Positions 37,061-46,630 of a stretch of 64,000 nucleotides of DNA are shown in pieces. Below the pieces are notes generated by a model that was not told where the DNA came from, made no database searches, and worked only from the letters and a program-made list of their open reading frames with translations. Position 1 is the stretch's first letter. Each line of letters opens with the position of its first letter. This DNA comes from Candidatus Kuenenbacteria bacterium (GTDB taxonomy: Bacteria > Patescibacteriota > Patescibacteriia > UBA11705 > JABHMO01), in the NCBI GenBank assembly GCA_013202715.1, contig JABMRF010000023.1, positions 2,327-66,326 on the forward strand, given 5' to 3'. A program made the position numbers and the translations under genes.

Positions 37061-37678
37061 TTAAATCCCCTTTTTAAACAAACTAATGGCCGCAAATAAT
37101 AAGCTAACGTAAAGTAATACCTGCGCCATAAAAATCATCATTGGCATATGCAAGAAAAAACCGAGCATCAAAAATCCGGCACCAAAACAATGAAAATTCA
37201 TTTTAATTTTCCCCCAAACATTGGCCTGGATAAGAGCATCCTTGTCCTTCAATCTATAAAAAGTTCCGCCCAAAATAAAAGCCAGCTCAAAGGCCAGCAA
37301 CAATATAGTGAGTGGTAGATTAATTTTTAAAAGTAAAACTGCAACCACGATTCCAATCAGCAATTTGTCAGCAATCGGATCCCAAACCTTTCCCCAAGCT
37401 GTAATTTGGTTTCGCACCCGAGCCATTGAGCCATCCAGCATGTCAGTCGTCGCGAGGACAATAAACAGAACGAGAGCAATCATATATTCTTCGCCCAACA
37501 ATAAAACGATCAGTATTGGGGAAAAGATCAACCTTATAAAGGTTAAATGATTTGGCCGGATTGATTTCGGAAAAAACGGCAGAACGTACTTGAGCACGTG
37601 ATCATAAGGTGCAAAAATAATTTCCTCATCAAGAAGAAATTCTTCTTCTTTGTGGTCATTAAAAAATTTCATAGACAA
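37061..37678 (-). CDS. CDP-alcohol phosphatidyltransferase family protein
   Basis: TDMLDGSMARVRNQITAWGKVWDPIADK matches D-x2-DG-x2-AR...G-x3-D-x3-D. Multi-TM. Confidence 0.8.
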   Translation of the reverse strand: MSMKFFNDHKEEEFLLDEEIIFAPYDHVLKYVLPFFPKSIRPNHLTFIRLIFSPILIVLLLGEEYMIALVLFIVLATTDMLDGSMARVRNQITAWGKVWDPIADKLLIGIVVAVLLLKINLPLTILLLAFELAFILGGTFYRLKDKDALIQANVWGKIKMNFHCFGAGFLMLGFFLHMPMMIFMAQVLLYVSLLFAAISLFKKGI

Positions 37679-37755
37679 GCTTATTAAAACAATATAGCAA
37701 TTTAACAGTTAGACAATAAAATGCCGCGTAGCGGCATCCCGCTACGCGGGACAAT

Positions 37756-38211
37756 TTATCTGTTTTCAGTTTCCCAGTCAAAACCAATTCTCGAATCATC
37801 AAAATCAATTCTTTCCTCATCAGGATTGTTCGGATCATAGGCTTCACTGGTATGATAAAATAATCCAACTTTTTTATTTCCCAAAACTCGGTAACCGTGC
37901 GCAACGCCCGGTGGGATTGAAATCACGACCGGATTGTCTTCACCAGCACAAATAACCTGTGTTTTTCCTTTTGTGGCAGAACTCTCTCTTAGGTCGTGAA
38001 GAACAACTTGAGCCATCCCTTTCACAACGAACCAAACATCCCATTGTCTTTTGTGCCAATGAAAAGCTTTGATCACACCTGGGTGTGTTTCTGTATAGCT
38101 GGTTTGTTTTACTGTCTGAAATGTTTCCTCCCCCTCCTTGATAACTTCTGCAAAAAATCCTCGGTCATCGCAGAATTTTTTCAGTTGTTTGATTTTTACA
38201 TCTTGAATCAT
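37756..38211 (-). CDS. rmlC: dTDP-4-dehydrorhamnose 3,5-epimerase
   Basis: RGFFAE...HWH...WFVVKG...DLR..S.T.G...PPGVAHGYRVL, a cupin of the RmlC family. A small hairpin (ccgcgtagcgg/ccgctacgcgg) lies downstream. Confidence 0.88.
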   Translation of the reverse strand: MIQDVKIKQLKKFCDDRGFFAEVIKEGEETFQTVKQTSYTETHPGVIKAFHWHKRQWDVWFVVKGMAQVVLHDLRESSATKGKTQVICAGEDNPVVISIPPGVAHGYRVLGNKKVGLFYHTSEAYDPNNPDEERIDFDDSRIGFDWETENR

Positions 38212-38220
38212 AATTTTTTA

Positions 38221-40329
38221 TTAATTTCCGCCTACGTTAATTCCGCTGATAAAATTCGCTGTAAAGGCAAATTTTTCACCTAGCAGATTTGCGTACTTAT
38301 CAAAAATTCGGACGTGTGGCGCGCCACTTGGTCCGGCACCGGTTATAATATCAGTCTTGCCGTCCCGATTGTAGTCAAATCCGGCAACTGATACTCCACC
38401 ACGAAAATTTGTACCGTAAGCCATGAAACTTGCTAAACGAACACCGGCAGAATTAAACGCTTGGACATGCGGACCACCGCCATTGCCAGCACCTGTTATT
38501 ATATCTAAAATACCGTCATTGTCAATGTCTCCAAGACCAATATTCACTCCGCCTAAAAATTGTGGGGAATAAACTACGTGACTGGTTTTCAAGTTTCCCT
38601 GGCCATCAAAGATTTTAACTTTTGGCAAAATTCCGTGGCGCGGAGCGACGATTATCTCAATTTCATTATCGCCATCAACATCACCGACGGCAACATTCAA
38701 TCCTTCTTTGTAACTCTTATTAAAAGCATAAAATTCTTTTTTTAATTTTCCATCCTGATCAAATATTTTTATGACCGGATCATAATTCGATTGAGGAGCA
38801 ACTACAAGTTCCACTTTCCCGTCATTATCCACGTCACCGGCAGAAACATTTACACCACCACGAAACTCAGTTGGAAACGCGAGAAAACTGCTGAACATTT
38901 TTTCATTCATATCCACAGCCCGCACATAAGGTTTGTCACCCTTGACCGTTCCGGTTACAATATCTTGTAATCCATCGAGGTTTAAATCAGCCAATTGAAA
39001 ATTCATCCCATGATATTTTGAGCTGGAAAAAAGACTGATCGTTTTCTGCACATTGAACTCGGAATCAAAAACCGTAATGCTGGCACTTTTGTCAGACTGC
39101 CCGGAAACAAAAATCTGGGCGTTTGTATTTATATTTACTATTGGAGTTGATACTACCGGTGGAGTAGTTGTAGCGGGAGCCGGAGTGCTTACGGCCGGAG
39201 GAGTACTTACTACTGACGTTGAGCTTCCTCCGATGGCTCTTTCGATCGCTTTTCTAATATTTAATAATCCTTTACCCGCTTTATTTTTGTACTTTAAATC
39301 TTGTAAAAACAGAACACTGCTCTCTTCTGTTATAATCTCAATAATCTGTTTCGGAGTTAATGACGGATCAACTGATTTCAACAAGGCCGCAGCGCCAGAT
39401 ACCAATGCGACAGAAAAAGAAGTTCCGTTCCAGCCCTCAGAATAATACTCCTTGAAATCATTATAACTATTATCCTGATAAAGCAAGCTCACGACATCTT
39501 CGCCAGGAGCGGCAATATCAATACAACCCTCTCCATAATTTGAAAATGCAGCCACATTGTGTTTTTTTGTACTTGAGAGTACACCCAAAATCCTGTTTAC
39601 AGAAAACTCTTGGTCATAACAAATTGGATAAATAGGATTATTGGTCATATCTGACCCAGAGACTACTCCAGTGTCAGTTACATTTCCGGCCGCAGCAACA
39701 ATTAAAACTCCATTATTATAAGCATTAACAATACTCCCCCTTAATTTCTCACTATATTCATAACCTCCAAAACTAAAATTAATAATATCAGCTCCGTTTG
39801 CAACTGCATAATCAACCGCCTCGGAAACATTAGTAGAATTACCATAACCCGTTGCATCCAAAACAAGCAGTGGCATTATTTTTACATTGTTTGTAATTCC
39901 TTTTATTCCCTGACCATTGTCATGAATTGCAGAAATTATCCCGGCGACAAAAGTTCCATGATTCACTGCATCGGCATTATAACCACCGGTTAATGTTGGA
40001 TTTGGACTATAATATGAATCAACAAAATTCCAGCCATTTACATCATCAATATATCCATTGTTATCATTATCAACTCTATCACCGACAACCTCATTTGTAT
40101 TTTTCCAAATATTTCCTTTGATATCCGGATGGTTCAAGTCGATTCCAGTATCCAAAACGGCAACCACAACTGAACTGTCTCCCTTTGTAGTTTCCCACGC
40201 TTGCGGTGCTTTGATAGTATCCAAATACCACTGTTTATAATAATAGGGATCGCCAGCTGCTAAACCGGTTTGAGCCATTATAAAACTTAATAAAAACAGA
40301 ACAAAACTACCTTTTAGTAACTTTTTCAT
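38221..40329 (-). CDS. Secreted subtilisin-like serine protease (S8) with C-terminal FG-GAP/VCBS-like repeats
   Basis: Signal peptide. Catalytic triad contexts VLDTGID, HGTFVAG, GTSFSVA. Five or more FG-GAP-like repeats (DLNLDGLQDIVTG, DVDNDGKVELVVAP, DIDNDGILDIITGAG, DYNRDGKTDIITGAG). Confidence 0.9.
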   Translation of the reverse strand: MKKLLKGSFVLFLLSFIMAQTGLAAGDPYYYKQWYLDTIKAPQAWETTKGDSSVVVAVLDTGIDLNHPDIKGNIWKNTNEVVGDRVDNDNNGYIDDVNGWNFVDSYYSPNPTLTGGYNADAVNHGTFVAGIISAIHDNGQGIKGITNNVKIMPLLVLDATGYGNSTNVSEAVDYAVANGADIINFSFGGYEYSEKLRGSIVNAYNNGVLIVAAAGNVTDTGVVSGSDMTNNPIYPICYDQEFSVNRILGVLSSTKKHNVAAFSNYGEGCIDIAAPGEDVVSLLYQDNSYNDFKEYYSEGWNGTSFSVALVSGAAALLKSVDPSLTPKQIIEIITEESSVLFLQDLKYKNKAGKGLLNIRKAIERAIGGSSTSVVSTPPAVSTPAPATTTPPVVSTPIVNINTNAQIFVSGQSDKSASITVFDSEFNVQKTISLFSSSKYHGMNFQLADLNLDGLQDIVTGTVKGDKPYVRAVDMNEKMFSSFLAFPTEFRGGVNVSAGDVDNDGKVELVVAPQSNYDPVIKIFDQDGKLKKEFYAFNKSYKEGLNVAVGDVDGDNEIEIIVAPRHGILPKVKIFDGQGNLKTSHVVYSPQFLGGVNIGLGDIDNDGILDIITGAGNGGGPHVQAFNSAGVRLASFMAYGTNFRGGVSVAGFDYNRDGKTDIITGAGPSGAPHVRIFDKYANLLGEKFAFTANFISGINVGGN

Positions 40330-40485
40330 AATTTATCTTAAATTTAATTTAATATTTACCCTAAATTAAGTATAACAAGGGCTGATTACATTATAGCAGA
40401 ATAAAATGAATTTTATAAGTACTTGACAAATCCTTATAAATTTGCAATAATATGGGGTGATGCTAATAATTCTGGGAGGTGAATC

Positions 40486-41310
40486 ATGTCATCAACTGAC
40501 AAAAGCACAGGAAATCTTTGCTTTCTGTCAGAATATGACAGATCGCACATTGAAGAAAAAGACCAGGTCACGTCTCCAGAGGAAGGAGTTGTTCTCAACT
40601 TTGGAATTGGAATAAGAATCCAGGGATACAAACCTAGAGTAGAGGAAACTTCATCGCAGGCTGAGCAGGTTCTGGATGAATATATTGAAAGCTTGCGCTA
40701 CAAAACGGACGTAAAAACCTGGGCAGGGAAAAAACTTGTAATGCCCGTTATTTCTTCCAAGGGAATTAAGGTTTTGCGTCAGGCTATCAAACAGCTGCTT
40801 TTGCTGTTTCCAATCATGGACACCATTGAAATGGTGCGATGTGAATTCGACGCAAAGCTTCTTCCAGGCGGTGCACCAAAACCTCTCAAGCGAAATATTG
40901 CTGAAGAGGAAAGAACCCTTTGGGAGACGACAAGGATAACCGGTAATCGCTTGATTCCGGGCTTTGATCTGGATAAAGCATTGAGCCATTTTACCGTTCC
41001 TGTTGATGAAAGGAAAAAACGCGTTTTCTTTTTGAAGCCGGAACATAAAATCGACATGAACACTCCCGCAGTGCCATATGAACAGGCACAGGCAGAAGTT
41101 TTCTTCTGGCTCATCGTACGTATGTTCAGGTATCAGCATGAGATCAATTCAGCAGAAAGAAAAAAGCAACGCATGCTGGAAAGGCGGCATCAAGAGTTAG
41201 TAACTTTATTGACTGCTAAGGTCAATGTTCCCAAAGAAAAAAATCTCCTCAAGAGACTTCTCCAGGAGATCATAACTCCATTCCGAAGGAATTGGAAAAT
41301 CAGCGACTAA
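40486..41310 (+). CDS. Hypothetical protein
   Basis: 274 aa, SD gggagg, -35 ttgaca at 40423. A GC hairpin terminator follows at 41312-41345. No recognisable domain. Confidence 0.55.
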   Translation: MSSTDKSTGNLCFLSEYDRSHIEEKDQVTSPEEGVVLNFGIGIRIQGYKPRVEETSSQAEQVLDEYIESLRYKTDVKTWAGKKLVMPVISSKGIKVLRQAIKQLLLLFPIMDTIEMVRCEFDAKLLPGGAPKPLKRNIAEEERTLWETTRITGNRLIPGFDLDKALSHFTVPVDERKKRVFFLKPEHKIDMNTPAVPYEQAQAEVFFWLIVRMFRYQHEINSAERKKQRMLERRHQELVTLLTAKVNVPKEKNLLKRLLQEIITPFRRNWKISD

Positions 41311-41509
41311 AAAGCCCCTCGCAACGCAGGGGCTCTTTTTTTTCCATGGAACGCGCAAAACCTCCCCCAACCCCCTCCTTTTAAAGGAGGGGGCTAAGAC
41401 CAATTTGCAAATAAACCTAGAGATGCAAAAGTCCTCCTCTTGGCAAGGGGAGGATTTAGATGGGGTTATGTGTTAGATTTAGCCCGGCGTTACCCCGAAG
41501 ACTTCGATC

Positions 41510-43252
41510 CTAAACCTTCTCTGCATTCTCCTTTACCACCAACTCTACAAACTCTTCAGTCGGACGAGGACCAAGATCACCTTCCCCTCTTTTCCGAACC
41601 GCAACAGTTTTATCGGCAACTTCTTTTTCACCGACAACTAATATATATGGGATTTTGGTTTTTTCTCCGTTTCTAATTCGCTTTGGTAAAGATTCACTAT
41701 CATTATCAACATAAACACGCAACCCTTTAGCAACTAAATTCTCTTTTACTTCTTTTGCGTACTCATCAAATTTTTCTGATACCGGTAATATTCTAATTTG
41801 CTCTGGTGACAACCATACTGGAAATGCGCCACCATAATGCTCAATTAAAATTCCAGTAAATCTCTCAAAAGAACCAAAGATAGCAGCATGAATCATAGCT
41901 GGAGTTTGCGACTTACCGGTTTTATCAATATACTCAATACCAAACCGTCCTGCTAATTGAAAATCAAGCTGGATAGTAGCAACCTGCCAGGTACGACCGA
42001 AAACATCTTTCATATTAACATCTATTTTCGGGCCATAAAAAGCACCGTCCCCTTCCTTGATCCCATAAGTTTCAATACCTTCCTTTTCTAATGCTTTACG
42101 CAAATCAGATTCGGCTACATCCCAGGTTTTAGCTTCACCCATAAAATCATCTGGCCTGGTCGAAAGAAAAAATTCTGGTTCAAGATTAAAAACAGCATAA
42201 TACTCTTTTACCATACGAATAAGACTGGCAATTTCTTCTTCAACCTGGTCGTAAGTCATAAAAATATGCGCATCATCTTGTGTAATTCCTCTAACTCTAA
42301 ACAAACCATTTAATTCTCCTGATTTTTCATTACGGAATACTCGCCCGATTTCAGTATATCGCAAAGGCAACTCTCGATAAGAACGAGGCTTTGTCTTATA
42401 AATCAAAATATTAAACGGGCAATCCATTGGCTTCAAACAATAAGTCTGATCCTCTACATCAAATACAAACATATCATTTTTATAATGATCCCAGTGTCCT
42501 GAAGTAATCCACATATCATTCTTAGCCATCATTGGAGTTTGAATTTCGACGCTACCATATTTTTTACGTAATTCTTTTCCAAGCTTCTCTAATTCATTCC
42601 AAATGACCATACCTTTTGGATGCCAAAACACCATACCTGGAGATTCAGGGTGAAAAGAAAACAAATCCAACTCTTTACCTAATTTCCGATGATCTCTTTT
42701 TTCCGCTTCTTCAAGCATTTTAAAATAATCTTCAATTTCTTCTCTGGTTTCAAATGCCAGGCCGTAAATTCTCTGCAACATTTTATTTTTCTCATCGCCT
42801 CTCCAATACGCGCCGGCCACTTTTTGCAATTTAAAAGCGCCAACTTCTTTTGTTGAAGCAGTATGAGGGCCTCGACACATGTCCACAAAAACTTCCTTGC
42901 CTTCCTTATCAATGTTTTTGTAAAAACTGATTTCTTTTTCACCTTCTTTTTCAAGATCATCGATCATTTCTACCTTGTAAGGGTTATCAGCCACCAGCTT
43001 TTTTGCTTCTGCAATTGATAAACTGAACTGTTCAAACTTTTGATCTCTACCAACCAATTTCCGCATTTCTTTTTCAATCTTTTTTAGATCTGCTTTGGAA
43101 AATGATTCTTCTCCGAGATCAAAATCATAGTAAAAGCCATTTTCAATTGCCGGCCCGATTGCCAGCTTCACATTTGGGTAAAGCTTCAATACTGCCTGCG
43201 CCATTACGTGACTAAGTGAATGTCGCATTACTTCTAATTGTTCTTTGTCCAT
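41510..43252 (-). CDS. thrS: Threonyl-tRNA synthetase (lacks N-terminal TGS domain, keeps editing-domain HxxxH)
   Basis: MDKEQLEVMRHSLSHVMAQAV... class II aaRS core and anticodon-binding domain. 580 aa. Confidence 0.95.
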   Translation of the reverse strand: MDKEQLEVMRHSLSHVMAQAVLKLYPNVKLAIGPAIENGFYYDFDLGEESFSKADLKKIEKEMRKLVGRDQKFEQFSLSIAEAKKLVADNPYKVEMIDDLEKEGEKEISFYKNIDKEGKEVFVDMCRGPHTASTKEVGAFKLQKVAGAYWRGDEKNKMLQRIYGLAFETREEIEDYFKMLEEAEKRDHRKLGKELDLFSFHPESPGMVFWHPKGMVIWNELEKLGKELRKKYGSVEIQTPMMAKNDMWITSGHWDHYKNDMFVFDVEDQTYCLKPMDCPFNILIYKTKPRSYRELPLRYTEIGRVFRNEKSGELNGLFRVRGITQDDAHIFMTYDQVEEEIASLIRMVKEYYAVFNLEPEFFLSTRPDDFMGEAKTWDVAESDLRKALEKEGIETYGIKEGDGAFYGPKIDVNMKDVFGRTWQVATIQLDFQLAGRFGIEYIDKTGKSQTPAMIHAAIFGSFERFTGILIEHYGGAFPVWLSPEQIRILPVSEKFDEYAKEVKENLVAKGLRVYVDNDSESLPKRIRNGEKTKIPYILVVGEKEVADKTVAVRKRGEGDLGPRPTEEFVELVVKENAEKV

Positions 43253-43315
43253 ATAATTATTTGTATTATGGTAAACGTATTATGTATTACGTATTATGTA
43301 TTACGTATCATGGGT
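43253..43315 (-). promoter_or_regulatory. thrS 5' leader with tandem CATAATAC/CGTAATAC octamer repeats abutting the start codon
   Basis: Gene-sense: acgtaatacataatacgtaatacataatacgtttaccataatacaaataattatATG. No SD. A ~40-nt copy is repeated upstream of 43373..43729 (43730-43785). Confidence 0.5.
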
Positions 43316-43372
43316 TAATTAAAATTTTACTGCACTTTTTATCAGACCATTAGTTATCTTATGAATTAAGAT

Positions 43373-43729
43373 TTAAATTGGCTCGGTGTGTTCAAGAAAA
43401 ATTCTTTTTTCAAAACCACCTCTAGTTTTTTTTCGCTTTTGCTTTATTTCATCAACTTCTTCTTGTGTGATGTCATTAGCTTTCATTATGGCCTCCAAAA
43501 CTTCTAATACATCTCCTATTTCCTTCATTCTCTCTTCTTTATCCTTGGCTCCTTGTACTTCATTTACTTCTTCAAGAAGTTTTATCAATAAAGCTTGTTT
43601 GTATTCTTCCTGTTCTAATATCCTCGTCTCTGCCATATGATCATCAGCTTCAATTATTTCAGGAATTTTATCCCGAACTAATTTTTTATAAACCTTTCTG
43701 TTTGGATTTTCTCCTTTGAATTCATGCAT
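43373..43729 (-). CDS. MazG-like / HisE-like nucleoside triphosphate pyrophosphohydrolase (small all-alpha NTP-PPase)
   Basis: KLVRDKIPEII...LEEVNEV...EIGDVLEVLEAIMKANDITQEEV...KRKKTRGGFEKRIFL. Confidence 0.6.
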   Translation of the reverse strand: MHEFKGENPNRKVYKKLVRDKIPEIIEADDHMAETRILEQEEYKQALLIKLLEEVNEVQGAKDKEERMKEIGDVLEVLEAIMKANDITQEEVDEIKQKRKKTRGGFEKRIFLEHTEPI

Positions 43730-43785
43730 ATAGGTATTTGTATTATGGTAAATGTATTATGTATTATGGATTACGCTTATAGCAT
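43730..43785 (-). promoter_or_regulatory. Duplicate of the thrS-type leader upstream of 43373..43729
   Basis: Gene-sense: ...ccataatacataatacatttaccataatacaaatacctatATG. ~40 nt are shared with the thrS leader. Confidence 0.5.
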
Positions 43786-43788
43786 TCT

Positions 43789-44226
43789 TCATTTCTCTAG
43801 AAGAAAAGTCGACGGCCCGTCATTTACAAGCTTCACCTGCATGTAAGCGCCAAATTCCCCACTTTCAACTTTAATATTTTTGGTTTTTAATTTTTCAATA
43901 AATTTATTGTACAGTTCCTCCGCTTTTTCAGGTCCGGCAGATGCAAAAAAGTCAGGTCGCCTTCCCTTTTCGCAATTGCCGTACAGCGTGAATTGCGAAA
44001 TCACCAGAACTTCACCGTCAACTTCTAACAAGGACTTGTCAAAATGTTTATCTTCAACAGGAAATACTCGCATATTAATTAGTTTTTCAACCAAGAAATC
44101 AACTTCCGCTTCAAAATCTTCTTTTCCAACTCCCAGGAAAACTAAAAGTCCGCTGCCGATTTGTCCGACAACTTTACTCTCAACTTCAACTGAAGCTGAA
44201 GTTACTCTTTGTAATAAAATTTTCAT
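43789..44226 (-). CDS. dtd: D-aminoacyl-tRNA deacylase
   Basis: MKILLQRVTSASVEV...GLLVFLGV...VISQFTLYG...RPDF...GEFGAYMQVKLVNDGPSTF. Confidence 0.9.
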   Translation of the reverse strand: MKILLQRVTSASVEVESKVVGQIGSGLLVFLGVGKEDFEAEVDFLVEKLINMRVFPVEDKHFDKSLLEVDGEVLVISQFTLYGNCEKGRRPDFFASAGPEKAEELYNKFIEKLKTKNIKVESGEFGAYMQVKLVNDGPSTFLLEK

Positions 44227-44620
44227 ATTAAATAATTTCCGCCCCACTTTCTGCGACCGACGTAATTTTATATGAAGGCGGTAGTGGGCTTTTCTGAACT
44301 ATGCGTTGAACTGACTAGAAGTCAGGCAGAAATTTTTTTATTCAAACAAAAACCCAAGGCATATACCTTGGGACCTGAACAAATTCAGGCGGTTCCACCC
44401 AAGTTCTTCGGACAAACAAACGCCAAAGCTCTTAATTTATTAAATTGTCCTCACAAACTTAGTTAACCACGACAGTTAAATCCACAAAGGTATCTGGTTG
44501 GTAGCCAGACCAATCATCTGTGATTATATTAAGTATAACATTACTAAAATGAATGTCAACAAAAAAACCAGGCTTATTAAACCTGGTTGTGTTCGATTTC
44601 ACAAGACTTCTCTAGGAAGT

Positions 44621-46054
44621 CTAAAGAATGAAACAATCAAGACAAAGGCGCCTCGCTGAAAACATAAACTCCTTTGCTACGTCCGAAGGCAGATTAAACC
44701 TACAGCTATCAACGCCTAGCAATTCAGCAATCTCTTCATCAGTTCTAATTTTACCGTCAGGGCCAAGCGCAACGAGGTCATTCTTCACTCTATTGGCTTT
44801 TCCCCACGGACAAACATTGACCAATTTCGGACTAGAAATTCTAGCGTGGACTTCTCTAAGGCCAATCGCTTTCAACTTTGGTAGCAAATCACCAGAGGTT
44901 TGTGTGCCTCGAACAATAGAATCATCATAAAAAGCCACAACCGCATTTTCGTAATTTCCTTCCAAAATCGGCAGTAACTTTTTCAATGCTTCCAGTTTTC
45001 TTCTTTCTCTGTCAACTTCTGTGAAACTTCTGCCAGCATAAGGATACTTGCACAAAATTTCGTCATAAAACGGGATTCTTGCTCCAGGATTTTCTCTTGC
45101 ATTACGAACGTATTCTTGGTGAGCACCAATTGCGTGAAACCGACCTGAGTCTGGTACAGGAATTATCACGTCCGGAAAAAACCCTTGTTCAATATCAAGT
45201 CTAGCCAGTCTTGCTCCCAATCGTCTCCTGGCTTCAGCTGCAGACAATCCCTCCATAACTGCACCGGGATTACTGGTATAAATCCATTTAAAAGAACACG
45301 GCTGGGATTCCTCAGCTCTGTCTAATGCAATTTTGCCAAGCAATCTGCAACTACCGCTCTCAAGTACAACCACTTCTCCTGGATCAAGGTCTCGTTGATA
45401 AACAAAGCCTTGATTATAAATTCCACAGGAATCTGAAACAGCTACAATTGAACCATCTTTTTCACCGATTACAACTGATTCGTGAGCATCATGACCTCTT
45501 GCTACATAAATTCCATTCGCTGTAAGAATTGCAATAGCGTAAGATCCTCTCATTTTTTCAGCCATATGACCGATACCATTCATAAAGTTCCAATCGTGAT
45601 CTTTTTCATGATCCCAAGTTGCGTCAACAATCAGCTGAGCCAAGAGAAAAGCGTCATCGTCTCTCTCAAAAACTCGGTTTTGCCCAATAAAATAACTAAG
45701 CAGTTCTTCTCTATTACCTATTCTACCAGCAAAGCAAATAGCAAAAGGAGGAAAGCAGGATGACTTTGCAAAATACGGTTCACGAACACTTGAGCTGATG
45801 TGTCCGAGGCCCAGAGGACCTGAAAACCCCGCTAAATCATTAGCAAAGGTTTCCCTCAGAAGACCGCGATGAGTTCTAAGTAGAAACTCACCACCATTAT
45901 CAACAGTAACTAAACCTGCATACTGCTGACCAAAGTGTTGTTGGTAAAAAGTTGTCCAAAATAGATCCTGAACAAAAGATTGATCCCGTTCTTCATCAGG
46001 ACTATCCTGACAATAACGCTTCGGATCAATACTCATTGCCACAATTCCGCTCAT
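44621..46054 (-). CDS. Amidophosphoribosyltransferase (PurF) homologue with Ser replacing the N-terminal nucleophile Cys
   Basis: SD gtggaggctttgATG gives MSGIVAMS... Conserved PurF blocks CSFKWIYTSNPG, IPVPDSG, YAGRSF, VVAFYDDSIVRGTQTSG, REVHARISSP. Position 2 is Ser, not Cys. Confidence 0.75.
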   Translation of the reverse strand: MSGIVAMSIDPKRYCQDSPDEERDQSFVQDLFWTTFYQQHFGQQYAGLVTVDNGGEFLLRTHRGLLRETFANDLAGFSGPLGLGHISSSVREPYFAKSSCFPPFAICFAGRIGNREELLSYFIGQNRVFERDDDAFLLAQLIVDATWDHEKDHDWNFMNGIGHMAEKMRGSYAIAILTANGIYVARGHDAHESVVIGEKDGSIVAVSDSCGIYNQGFVYQRDLDPGEVVVLESGSCRLLGKIALDRAEESQPCSFKWIYTSNPGAVMEGLSAAEARRRLGARLARLDIEQGFFPDVIIPVPDSGRFHAIGAHQEYVRNARENPGARIPFYDEILCKYPYAGRSFTEVDRERRKLEALKKLLPILEGNYENAVVAFYDDSIVRGTQTSGDLLPKLKAIGLREVHARISSPKLVNVCPWGKANRVKNDLVALGPDGKIRTDEEIAELLGVDSCRFNLPSDVAKEFMFSARRLCLDCFIL

Positions 46055-46154
46055 CAAAGCCTCCACTTTGGCAAAAAGAAGAAAACACGGAACAAATTAA
46101 TTTTAACTCTATGAAGCGATAATGTCAAATCTCGATTATGATTTAATAAATAAA

Positions 46155-46190
46155 AAAGGAGCCTCGCATTGCGGGGCTCATACTTTGCTA
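46155..46190 (-). terminator. Terminator for 46192..46605
   Basis: Minus strand: gagccccgcaatgcgaggctcc + tttttt. Confidence 0.55.
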
Positions 46191-46191
46191 T

Positions 46192-46605
46192 TTAGTACTG
46201 TCCTGGAGGAAACCCCCTCTTTGGTTCTTCATCACTCTTAACGTCTGGCACTGAGTGCTCACCCGATGTGGCATTGTCTCTGACAGCCTTGATGAATCCG
46301 GCGCCACCTCTACTACCATGAAAGAGCACTGATGCTTCATCATAGCCAGACAGCTTCATCAAACCCTTAATCTGAGTACGTAATCTAATGATGTCTTGCT
46401 CGGCCAACACAATATAAGTATCATTATCAAAACTCTTCTTTTCAACTGCTCTAAATCTCAGACCAGTAAAAACCACAGCAACCACAAAGAGAATAGCAAG
46501 GCAAATAAAATAGGTCTTGTATACACTCAACAAACCGCGCATTCGATTCCATTCAACCACATTGACTTTGACAAATTCCTGACCTTTTATTTCCGTTGGC
46601 CCCAT
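46192..46605 (-). CDS. Single-TM hypothetical protein ending in ...RGFPPGQY
   Basis: 137 aa with TM helix YFICLAILFVVAVVFTGL. The C-terminal octapeptide matches that of 2480..2872 (RRSFPPAQY). Confidence 0.5.
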   Translation of the reverse strand: MGPTEIKGQEFVKVNVVEWNRMRGLLSVYKTYFICLAILFVVAVVFTGLRFRAVEKKSFDNDTYIVLAEQDIIRLRTQIKGLMKLSGYDEASVLFHGSRGGAGFIKAVRDNATSGEHSVPDVKSDEEPKRGFPPGQY

Positions 46606-46630
46606 GCTTCTCCTCCTGTTATTTATTGGC

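Noticed and set aside
40423-40453. Strong promoter call for 40486..41310
   Set aside because: The -35 TTGACA is clear, but the best -10 candidates (aataat at 17 nt, taatat at 19 nt) are imperfect, so it is not listed as a feature.
44248-44620. tmRNA or RNase P RNA in the hairpin-rich intergenic region
   Set aside because: There is a T-arm-like hairpin and an AAACCCAAGG string reminiscent of E. coli tmRNA. But there is no GGGG/CCCC-ACCA acceptor pairing, no tag-like reading frame ending in LAA/VAA, and no RNase P AGGAAAGUCCGGGC / ACAGAAA cores.
46192-46605. Second type IV pilin
   Set aside because: It shares the C-terminal FPPxQY tail with the prepilin-like 2480..2872 but lacks the G|FTLxE class III signal peptide. 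It is a plain single-TM protein.
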